A stretch of DNA of 10,615 nucleotides, from NCBI RefSeq assembly GCF_006345805.1, contig NW_021827360.1, positions 1 through 10,615 of the forward strand, given 5' to 3'. This document shows, one piece after another, positions 1-8,026 of the stretch. The position numbers and the translations under genes are program-made. The notes beneath the pieces are model-generated. The model made no database searches. It was given only the letters and a program-made list of their open reading frames with translations, and was not told the origin of the DNA. Within the stretch, counting starts at the first letter, position 1, and every line of letters begins with the position of its first letter. The DNA is from Octopus sinensis. Taxonomy: Eukaryota.

Positions 1-960
1 AAAGAAGGTAACTTCATACATATCCCGCAACCTGATTGCTAATAGACCCGTAACACTTATCAAACCAAACGTATACTGGTTTGAAGGATGAAAGAGAGTG
101 AGACTGGCTCTGCACAAACTATGCCTACAACAATAATAAAAGCCTGCTGCCTTGTGGGGTAATTTATTGAGGGTTTAAAAAGTTGAAAGCAGTAAACCAC
201 AAGAGAAAATCCGATGGAGAGACCCAAAAGCAAATAGGTACGTTATATTTAACCAATATCTAGCATCCCTACAGCTCCATAGGTTCTGCAAACGTATTGA
301 CCTCTCTTTCTTTCGTGACATATGCATGATTGGAGAAGTGGTGTTTGTACTCAGGGCGAGGCGCTTGCTTCTGAAAACATCCCAGGCACAGCAGAGGTGG
401 TTACGATACTGTCTTTGGAATACCGTCGAAAAATACCAACCAGTTTAAAGTAGACAGGTGAAATATCGCGACGAGAAAGGCTCAACGGATTGAGCCGAAA
501 GTGATGTGTTTGACAAAAGCAAGAGGTTCAACAAAGACATAAAGCTTGCTCAGCATGAGAGAAATCTCCGCAAAGGAATCTGTTGAGGACTATGATGTCT
601 ATAATAGAGCCATCCACGTTCCAGTTTCTCCCCAGAATGGTATAAACTGTGCCTCTATCATCTACGGTCAGATTTAAACGGCGAGGCTGGAATGACACCA
701 ACAGCTGTCGTTGGTGTGGAGGTTACGCATTGCCGGGAAATGTTTTGGCAGCATGGTAAGTCATCCTTGGCTAAGTTTACCTGGGAGTATAATCAGGTCT
801 TGAATATCCTTTGGGGGCATTTGTGCACTGAATCAGCAATGGAGTATTATCGATGTGATGAGAGTTAATAGCCAGCTGCACCCGATTGCTTCCCACAGAG
901 AAGGCAAAGAAGTGCAATACAGAAGAATAATCAAAGGCGAGCAAAATGGCTTTCTTATAA
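1..960 (+). mobile_element. Degenerate RLE-type (HERO/NeSL-like, R2 group) non-LTR retrotransposon fragment, post-RT/zinc-knuckle region
   Basis: Hand translation across stops and frameshifts. Frame from 541: KACSA*EKSPQRNLLRTMMSIIEPSTFQFLPRMV*TVPLSSTVRFKRRGWNDTNSCRWCGGYALPGNVLAAW. Shifted frame: KSSLAKFTWEYNQVLNILWGHL. Then PIASHREGKEVQYRRIIKGEQNGFL (ORF 855). This follows the recalled RLE-LINE motif order WE..R.LSW..LW.MEP..LSFL.RSVYD.LP...L.RWG....C.LCG....HIL..C...L...YTWRHNQVL...I.F.REG...GLL. Similarity upstream of ~480 is weaker. It ends at a microsatellite before the PD..D/E nuclease motif. Confidence 0.75.
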
Positions 961-962
961 AC

Positions 963-1085
963 GTGTATGTGTGTGTATGTGTGTGTGTGTGTGTGTATGT
1001 GGGTGTGTACATGAATGAGAGGAAAATACATTCATACACATATGTACTCGTATATGCATAAGGTATGTATGTGTGTATATATATT

Positions 1086-1151
<66 letters not shown>

Positions 1152-1404
1152 GTATCTACACACAAGCATCCCACACGCACACGCATATATATACACGTAC
1201 ATACGTGTATATATATATGTACATATATATGTATATTTATTCATACATATACATGCACCCGTGAGTGTGTGTGCGTGCATATATATATATATATATATAC
1301 ATATACATAGATATAGATATAGATGCATAATGTGCGTACACGCTCATACACACCACACACATATATACACACTCACACACTCACACACACACACACACAT
1401 ATAT
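963..1404. repeat. Compound (GT)n/(TA)n/(CA)n microsatellite
   Basis: Directly visible dinucleotide arrays, with a long pure (TA)n at about 1096-1148. Confidence 0.97.
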
Positions 1405-1530
1405 AAAGTGAGTAGAAAAATATGAACTGGACAGTAAGAAATACTATTAATACTTCTACATACTTGCGGCAATTAGTGAGATTAATTAAATAATCGGATG
1501 CAGCTGCGCAGCTGTGTTCTTATTGACCTC

Positions 1531-1731
1531 TACTACCACTACCATCACCATCATCGCCATCATCATCACCCCCACCACCGTCGCCTCCATGACCACCCTC
1601 GTGAACCATCACCACCATCATTACCATCACCACAACCACCACCACAACTGCCACCACACAACCACCAACTCCACCGCCATCACAACCTTCACCACCATCA
1701 TCACCTCCATCATCCCTAACACCACTACTAC
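1531..1731. repeat. Degenerate (CAC/CAT/CAA)n trinucleotide repeat
   Basis: Imperfect CAC/CAT triplets; source of the poly-His and poly-Thr ORFs at 1498 and 1514. Confidence 0.93.
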
Positions 1732-1739
1732 GATCTAAT

Positions 1740-1945
1740 GAACGGTCGTACGACCTTCTAAAAATAACAGCCAGATCTCTTTCATGTTATACCCTGCAGT
1801 ATATATATATTTTTCTTTTAAAGGAAGGGCACTTCAGATAATGTGTTCTGAAATACGCTGTACAAAAAAAAAATTGAAAATAGACGGGATGGTCTCAGTT
1901 GGAATGCCTTTGATCATATGTCTACACGACCGGAAGTCACTCAGC
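1740..1945. mobile_element. Interspersed repeat family X, copy 1 (old SINE-like element)
   Basis: CTAAAAATAACAGCCAGATCT...GATAATGTG...GACGGGATGGTCTCAGTTGGAATGCCTTTG. The same motifs recur at 2017-2140, 4800-4850, and in reverse at 6626-6660 and 8377-8448. Confidence 0.6.
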
Positions 1946-1984
1946 AACAATGTTATTGCTATCGATGTGATTATCTCGCGGGTC

Positions 1985-2140
1985 AACGAAGGAAACCGCT
2001 ATGCGTTCGTCCCAACTGCTAGATATAGCAGCTGAAATTTGCCCTATATCACCTCTTCCCGTCTTGAAAATTCATAAGCGGGTGACATTAGATAATATAG
2101 TTGTGGTTAAACAAAAATAATGGGATAGTCACAGGTGGGA
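1985..2140. mobile_element. Interspersed repeat family X, copy 2 (tandem to copy 1)
   Basis: CTGCTAGATATAGCAGCTGAAATTT...GATAATATAG...ATGGGATAGTCACAGGTGG aligns by eye with copy 1. Confidence 0.55.
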
Positions 2141-2232
2141 GGTTCACAGAAGCAAGATGAGGGGACATTGCAAGGACAGTTTGAAATTTTTGTGGTGGTT
2201 TGCATAAAAGATGAAGGGACGATAAAGCAATA

Positions 2233-2375
2233 GTCTTTTCTACTCTAGGCACAAGGCCCGAAATTTTTGGAGAAGGGTGGGGTGGCGGTCAATTAGATCG
2301 ACTGGTACTTAATTTATCGAGACCGAGAGAATGAAAGGCAAAGTCGACCTCGTCGGAATTTGAACTCAGAACGTA
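2233..2375 (-). mobile_element. SINE family A (Meta-domain-like), 5'-truncated copy
   Basis: Shares TTCTACT.TAGGCACAAGGCC...ACTGGTACTT...ATGAAAGGCAAAGTCGACCTCG.CGGAATTTGAACTCAGAAC with five other copies in the window; lacks the A-box head. Confidence 0.88.
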
Positions 2376-2566
2376 CTATAAGCACAAGGCCCGGATTTTG
2401 TGGGGAGGGGGACAGTCAATCATATCGACCCCAGTTCTCAACTGGTACTGAAAGGATGAAAGGCAAAGTCGACCTCGGCAGAATTTGAACTCAGAACGCA
2501 GCGGCAGATGGCATACAGCTGAGCATTTCGCCCGGCGTGCTAACGATTCGGCCAGCTCGCCGCTTT
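2376..2566 (-). mobile_element. SINE family A (tRNA-derived, Meta-domain-like), near full length
   Basis: Minus strand reads GCGGCGAGCTGGCCGAATCGTTAGCACG (A-box-like), GAGTTCAAATTC (B-box-like), then GACTTTGCCTTTCATCCTTTC, resembling the recalled Meta-SINE central domain. Confidence 0.9.
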
Positions 2567-2591
2567 AACAACATCTCAGATAATACATTTT

Positions 2592-2903
2592 ACCGGCACT
2601 CCGTCGGTTACGACAGCGAGTGTTCCAGTTAATCCGGGCCTGCTCGTAAAATTAACGTACAAGTGGCAGCGAACTTTATAAACACGTGTACCTTTTTCGT
2701 AGTTCTGAGGAAGATTCGGTATGAAAAAGAATGGGATATAACCGGTTCTTTGAAATACAGGTACAACTCATTTTTGCCAGCTGGATGGACTGTAGAAACG
2801 CGTAATAAAGTGTCTTGCTCAAGGACACAACGCGCCTCCAGATATCGAAATCACGACCTCACGACCTTGAGTCGAATACCCTAACCATAAAGCTACGTGC
2901 CTC
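2592..2903 (-). mobile_element. tRNA-derived SINE family B (CORE/V-like central domain)
   Basis: Minus strand: GGCACGTAGCTTTATGGTTAGGG (A box), GATTTCGATATC (B-like), then TTGTGTCCTTGAGCAAGACACTTTATT...CAGTCCATCCAGCTG, a central block shared with the 3062 copy. Confidence 0.85.
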
Positions 2904-3061
2904 CTCTACAACCCCATGACCCCCCCCCCCCCATCCTATAAGACATTTTTTGAAAACTATCCAATTGCAACCAAGCAAAAAAAAACCAGATAAACAAAAT
3001 GAAAAACACGTAAATTTCCATCTACAGTATCATTCTCACCTTTTATACCTATCAAACTGTG

Positions 3062-3392
3062 AAGGCGCATGGCTCAGTGGTTAGAGCGTCGGGATCGCAA
3101 TCATGAGGTAGTGAGTTCGATTCCGAGACTGGGCTGTGTGTCGTGTTCTTGGGCAAGACGCTTTATTTCATGTTGCTCCAGTTCACTCAGCTGTAGAAAT
3201 ATATTGCGACGTCACTGGTGCCAAGCTTTTGCCTTTACTTTGGATAACACTGGTGGCGTGGAAAGCGGAGTCTGGTATGCACGAGCAACTGCTGGTCTTC
3301 CATAAACAACCCTTCCCGGACTTGTGTCCCAGAGGGGAACTTTCTAGGTGCAATCTCACAGTCATTCATGACCGAAGGGAGCCTTTACCCTA
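3062..3392 (+). mobile_element. tRNA-derived SINE family B' (same head and core as family B, different tail)
   Basis: A box TGGCTCAGTGG, B box GAGTTCGATTCC, core GTGTTCTTGGGCAAGACGCTTTATT...CAGTTCACTCAGCTG, ending in CCTTTACCCT. Confidence 0.88.
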
Positions 3393-3619
3393 TTTACGCA
3401 TCAAAAGCTAAACCTGAAATAGTTGAGGCCTGTAGACATTTCTGTAGTTGCCAGTAGGAGTAATTACTGCTTCTACTGGCACTGAAATTCGTAAAATCTG
3501 GAAGCCGGGCCAATTTATAACAAGTCTACAATTGAACCAAATCCGAATGATGTAATATCATACAGGTCAATCATACAACTATAGAAATCCTTAAGAAGTT
3601 TAGTATGAATGATAATTGC

Positions 3620-3984
3620 TTTCAAAATTTGACACAGGGCCAGCAGTTGCACGAGAAATCGCAAATCGAATACGTTGACCCTGTTACTCAACTGGTTTTA
3701 AGTTTTGGCACAGGGCCAGCAGTTTCGGGAGAAAGGTCAAATCGGATACGTTGACCCTGTTGCTCAACTGGTTTTAAATTTTGGCACAGGGCCAGCAGTT
3801 TCGGAAGAAAGGGCAAATTCAATACATCAACCCAGGTGTTCAACTGGTTCTTATTTTATCGACTACAAAAGGGTGAAAGGTTAAATTTGAACTCAGCGGA
3901 CTTTGAACTCAGAATTTACAGACAGATGAAATGCCACTGAGCATTTTGCCGGGTGTGCTAACGACTCTGCCAGCACGCCACCTT
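3620..3984 (-). mobile_element. SINE family A copy with a triplicated 76-bp 3' segment
   Basis: Head at about 3900-3984 (TTTGAACTCAGAA...GTGCTAACGACTCTGCCAGC). CACAGGGCCAGCAG starts at 3633, 3709 and 3785, an exact 76-bp period. Confidence 0.88.
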
Positions 3985-4168
3985 AGTAATGACTCATCAT
4001 TGACATCACAAAATTACATACTCCCTCATTACATTTCAATGCGGTTTCAAACCACAACACTCAACAACCCAACCACTAGTACATAAAGAGACAAAAAGAA
4101 TAAAAAAAAACATTCATACCACGAATCATTGTATAATCAATAAGCTTTCGGTTTAGATTCTCTCTCTC

Positions 4169-4271
4169 CTTCTTCTTCTTCTTCTTCTTCTTCTTCTTCT
4201 TCTTCTTCTTCTTCTTCTTCTTCTTCTTCTTCTTCTTCTTCTTCTTCTTCTTCTTCTTCTTCTTCTTCTTC
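4169..4271. repeat. Pure (CTT)n/(GAA)n tract, about 34 units
   Basis: Uninterrupted triplet repeat; source of the poly-Lys ORF 4076..4297. Confidence 0.98.
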
Positions 4272-4316
4272 TCTCTTTCCACTTCTAGAACACACAATCA
4301 TTATTTTTAATTTTGT

Positions 4317-4570
4317 GAAGGAGTCCCACAGGGATCCGTTCTCTCACGCACGCCTTTCAACTTATATCCACAAAGAACGTCCAACACCTCCGCAAAATAA
4401 AAGCCATCTAACGCAGATGACATTACTCTGACAGACTTCTACCATTCCCCAGACACTGTTGAACAAAAATTGCAAGCCGATTGAAATCTATTTAAAATCT
4501 GTCGCCTCGATGGCAGATTTAAACCATAATCATCGAAATTTAGTCTTCCAGCCACATAAAATTCCTCAAA
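4317..4570 (+). mobile_element. Non-LTR retrotransposon reverse-transcriptase relic (jockey/I/CR1-like)
   Basis: Frame from 4317: EGVPQGSVLSRTPFNLYPQRTSNTSAK*KPSNADDITLTDFYHSPDTVEQKLQAD*. This matches the RT motifs GVPQGSVLSPTLFNLY and YADD (here NADD), with in-frame stops. The 3' boundary is approximate. Confidence 0.88.
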
Positions 4571-4591
4571 TACAAAGAAACTGGAAAATTG

Positions 4592-4780
4592 TTTTCTGAT
4601 TTAGACACAAGCCAGAAATTTTGAAGGGAAGGGTGTAAATTGATAACATCAACCCTCAATATTTGGTGCTTTATTTTATCGACACCGAAGGAATAAAAAG
4701 CAAAGTTGACTTCAACGAGATTTGAACTCAGAACATAAAGAGCCGGAAGGACTATGGCAAAACGTCTTCCCCAATCTGTT
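4592..4780 (-). mobile_element. SINE family A, diverged copy
   Basis: GACACAAGCCAGAAATTTTG...TTATTTTATCGACACCGAAGGAATAAAAAGCAAAGTTGAC...ATTTGAACTCAGAAC. Confidence 0.8.
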
Positions 4781-4799
4781 ATCTATTCAGTCGTAACAG

Positions 4800-4868
4800 G
4801 GAAAAGGCAGGGTGGTCATGACTGGGGTGCCTTTTGGCAAAGGTTTACACAAATACAGCTAACAGACA
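4800..4868. mobile_element. Family X fragment
   Basis: AAAAGGCAGGGTGGTCATGACTGGGGTGCCTTT resembles 1878-1912. Confidence 0.45.
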
Positions 4869-4871
4869 ACA

Positions 4872-5252
4872 GAGTAGCTTGCTTACGAACCACATGGTTC
4901 CGGGTTCAGTCCCATTGCGTGGCACCTTGGAGAAGTGTCTTCTATTATAGCCTCGGGCCGACCAACGCCTTGTGAGTGGATTTGGTAGACGGAAACTGAA
5001 AGAAGCCCGTCGTATATATGTATAAGTATATGTATGTGTGTGTATATGTGTTTGTGTGTCTGTGCTTGTCCCCCCAACATCGCTTGACAACTGATGCTGG
5101 TGTGTTCACGTCCCCGTTACTTAGCGGTTCGTCAAAAGTGACCGATAGAATAAGTAGTAGGCTTACAAAGAATAAGTCCTGGGGTCGATCTGCTCGACTA
5201 AAGGCGGTGCTCCAGCATGGCCACAGTCAAATGACTGAAACAAGTAAAAAGA
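4872..5252 (+). mobile_element. SINE family C (CORE-like, internal microsatellite), slightly 5'-truncated
   Basis: B-box-like GGTTCAGTCCC, CORE-like GGCACCTTGGAGAAGTGTCTT, internal (TA/TG)n, tail ATGACTGAAACAAGTAAAA. Roughly 90% identical by eye to the inverted copy at 6152-6618. Confidence 0.92.
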
Positions 5253-5279
5253 GGAACAATGCCACAAACCACAATTAAT

Positions 5280-5415
5280 CAACACCACTGCAACCATCCA
5301 GCACATCCACCACCATATCACTAGCATCGCCACCACCATCCCTACCATCACATTACCATCATCACCATCACCACCGCCATAGCGGCCACCGAGTACTTCG
5401 CACGCCATCACCAAC
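5280..5415. repeat. Degenerate (CAC/CAT)n repeat
   Basis: Imperfect CAC/CAT triplets. Confidence 0.85.
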
Positions 5416-5705
5416 AGTTTGACCTCCGTTTAAGACAGCACACGCCAGCCTATACATGCTTATATATGTTGACTAAATTAAGCAGATCTAGTCATTGTCA
5501 TCCTTCACAAGCCTTACACCTGCTTACTCTTGCCCCCTTACATCTTCTTAGCTGAAGGAATTAGGGGCAATCACACAATAACAAAAAAGGGGTTTATGTG
5601 CCTTAGCTTATCAACACACCTCCCAGCTTTTTATTTATATTTCATAGCGATTTATGATAACGGTAATTAAAAAAAAAAGATAAGTAATTAAAAATGTTAA
5701 TATAG

Positions 5706-5898
5706 TAATCCTTTCTACTATCGGCACAAGGCGAGTAATTTTGAGGGAAGGGGTAAGGCGATTACAGCGACCCCAGAATTCAACTGGTACTTATTTCATC
5801 GATTCAGAAAGGATGAAAGGCAAAGTCGACCACGGCGGAATTTGAACTCAGAACGTACTAAGCATTTTGCCCGGTATTCTGACGACTCTGCCAACTCG
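5706..5898 (-). mobile_element. SINE family A copy with an internal deletion in the head
   Basis: TAATCCTTTCTACTATCGGCACAAGG...GGATGAAAGGCAAAGTCGACC...TTTGAACTCAGAACGTA|CTAAGCATTTTGCCCGG...GACTCTGCCAACTCG. Confidence 0.9.
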
Positions 5899-5900
5899 TT

Positions 5901-6098
5901 CGTTTCTAACATAGGCACAAGGCCATAAATTTCAAGAGAAAGAATAATTTGATTAAATCTACCACACTTTTTAACAGGTACATATTCTGGATCTCGGAAG
6001 GGAAAAATTCAAGTTGAACTCAGAACTCAAAGAATCAGAACAAATGCCTGCAAGCTACTCATTTGGACCCATAAACGATTCTGTCAAATCACTACCCT
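5901..6098 (-). mobile_element. SINE family A, older diverged copy, tandem to the previous one
   Basis: TTTCTAACATAGGCACAAGGCC...TTGAACTCAGAAC...AACGATTCTGTC. Confidence 0.7.
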
Positions 6099-6151
6099 CA
6101 TAGTTTCGAGATTAGGTATGATGTAAAAGATTTGGGGGATGGAATATATAT

Positions 6152-6381
6152 ACTCTCTCTCTCTTTACTCTTTTACTCTTTTACTTGTTTCAGTCATTTG
6201 ACTGCGGCCATGATGGAGCACCGCCTTTAGTCGAGCAAATCGACCCCGGGACTTATTCTTTATAAGCCCAGTACTTATTCTATCGGTCTCTTTTGCCGAA
6301 CCGCTAAGTGACGGGGACGTAAACACACACCAGCATCGGTTGTCAAGCAATGCTAGGGGGACAAACACAGACACAAAACAC

Positions 6382-6412
<31 letters not shown>

Positions 6413-6618
6413 ATATTAATATATATATATATTATATATATATATACATATATACGACAGGCTTCTTTCAGTTTCCGTCTACGAAGTCCACTCACAAGGC
6501 ATTGGTCGGCCCGGGGCTATAGTAGAAGACACTTGCCCAAGATGCTACGCAGTGGGATTGAACCCAGAACCATGTGGTTGGTTAGCAAGCTACTTACCAC
6601 ACAGCCCCTCCTGCGCCT
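6152..6618 (-). mobile_element. SINE family C, full length
   Basis: Minus strand starts AGGCGCAGGAGGGGCTGTGTGGTAAG (A-box-like), then GGGTTCAATCCC (B box), GCATCTTGGGCAAGTGTCTT (CORE-like), internal (TA)n, and a (GAGTAAAA)n/(GA)n tail. Confidence 0.93.
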
Positions 6619-6625
6619 ACATAGA

Positions 6626-6675
6626 TAGATTTTGCTGCTGTTTCTAGCAGACCAGACAACCATTTTGAAGCTCGT
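6626..6675. mobile_element. Family X fragment (reverse), right half of an element split by the family C SINE
   Basis: AGATTTTGCTGCTGTTTCTAGCAG matches AGATTTAGCTGCTACTTCTAGCAG at ~8405; the putative left half is at 6112-6134. Confidence 0.5.
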
Positions 6676-6767
6676 TTACTGAATGTGTTTATTGTTCTTT
6701 GAATAATTCTCCGTCTTTCTCTGCAATTCTCTGCTTCTATTTTTCACCCTTTCACTGTGTCTCTATC

Positions 6768-6793
6768 GGTCTATCTCTCCTCCCACTCTCCTC

Positions 6794-6825
<32 letters not shown>

Positions 6826-6826
6826 G
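6768..6826. repeat. (CT)n microsatellite / pyrimidine tract
   Basis: Directly visible. Confidence 0.9.
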
Positions 6827-7144
6827 TATGTCCCCCCTTTTGTCTTTCTTCCATTGTAAATGCGTTATCCCTATCCAGATCTCACACGTATAAAACCCAG
6901 CCTAGCTATTCCACCATCCATTCACCATTTTAGTGCGAATATCGTTTAGAATCCATCCATCATGTTTGGCAGTCGATTAAACACATCAGTACGTCTTTCT
7001 TTTTAATTTAGTGTATAATAGGTGGAGAGGCAGGAGAAAGGGAGCGGGGAGAGGAGGGAGGGGAGGTCGGCATTTCGTTTCCCTGCGCAATACCATTATC
7101 GCATGAGCGTATGTGTAAATGTACTTCCGTTCTTCCATCCATGA

Positions 7145-7300
7145 ATATATGTGTGTGAGCAAGTGCGTGTGAGTGTACACATACATACACACATACATAC
7201 ATACATACAAGCCAACATATATACATACATACATACGTACATACATACATACATGCATACATACATACATACATACATACATACAAGCATACATACATAC

Positions 7301-7331
<31 letters not shown>

Positions 7332-7392
7332 CAAGCATACATACATATATACATATATACATATATCATATGTATATATGTGTTTGTGTATT

Positions 7393-7438
<46 letters not shown>

Positions 7439-7723
7439 TACACACACATATATATATATATGGTGTGTGTATATAATATATATATATATATACATATATA
7501 TACTTACGTATATATGAAATTACATATGCATGCATATACATTCATACATACATGTATACACACACACACGCACACATATATATATATCAACATATATTTA
7601 TATGCATACACATACACACATATATATATATACACATGCACACATTCGTACATACTTGCCTATTTGCGTAATTGCATGTTTGTTTGTGTGTTTATTTGTG
7701 TGTCTATGTGTGTGTGTGCATGT

Positions 7724-7778
<55 letters not shown>
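7145..7778. repeat. Compound (TACA)n/(TA)n/(CA)n/(GT)n microsatellite
   Basis: Directly visible; explains the ORFs between 6986 and 7892. Confidence 0.97.
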
Positions 7779-7875
7779 TTAAGTTATCCAAAATTACGAA
7801 CACATTACCTTAAGGTTTCACGCAATCACCCTTACATTCAATGCGATACTCGAACTGTAATCAGCAACAGATCGC

Positions 7876-8008
7876 CAATTAATTGCAGTTAACGGCTAAA
7901 AGATTAAAACGACACTTGATGTCAAAAAGTAGGTCACGTGGGCCATGTCAAGTGCTTTTCACCATCAATCAGAAAGGTCCGCTCTTTGATTGATGATTAA
8001 ATCATCAA
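7876..8008. promoter_or_regulatory. Candidate enhancer (TF motif cluster)
   Basis: CAATTAATTG 7876-7885, CACTTGA 7913-7919, TCAAGTG 7948-7954, AAAGTAGGTCA 7926-7936 overlapping CACGTG 7935-7940, CCATCAATCA 7962-7971, TGATTGAT 7987-7994. Motif matches only. Confidence 0.35.
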
Positions 8009-8026
8009 CAGATTCAAATTAATTAC

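Noticed and set aside
777-1031. Minus-strand ORF ending at a donor-like CAG|GTAAAC (781/780)
   Set aside because: Antisense to the retrotransposon relic, which explains the sequence better; it starts in a microsatellite.
1015-1425. YI/HT/VC-rich ORFs (also 6986-7892 and 8942-9290)
   Set aside because: Translations of dinucleotide and tetranucleotide microsatellites, which lack stops by construction.
1498-1738. Poly-His / poly-Thr ORFs
   Set aside because: Degenerate CAC/CAT repeat; a similar tract occurs at 5280-5415 and there is no supporting exon context.
3062-3135. tRNA-like sequence (also 8645-8715)
   Set aside because: A and B boxes are present, but there is no complete cloverleaf and the sequence runs on into a SINE body, so these are SINE heads and not tRNA genes.
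3620-3848. CRISPR-like periodic repeat
   Set aside because: The whole 76-bp unit repeats with no unique spacers; eukaryotic SINE-derived DNA with no cas genes.
4076-4297. Poly-Lys ORF
   Set aside because: Translation of (GAA)n.
4495-4520. Small hairpin AAATCTGTC/GGCAGATTT
   Set aside because: Short, inside a decayed RT fragment, and compatible with chance or a local inversion.
4754-5278. Similar ORFs at 4845-5278 and 6165-6628 suggesting duplicated genes
   Set aside because: They are the two inverted copies of SINE family C.
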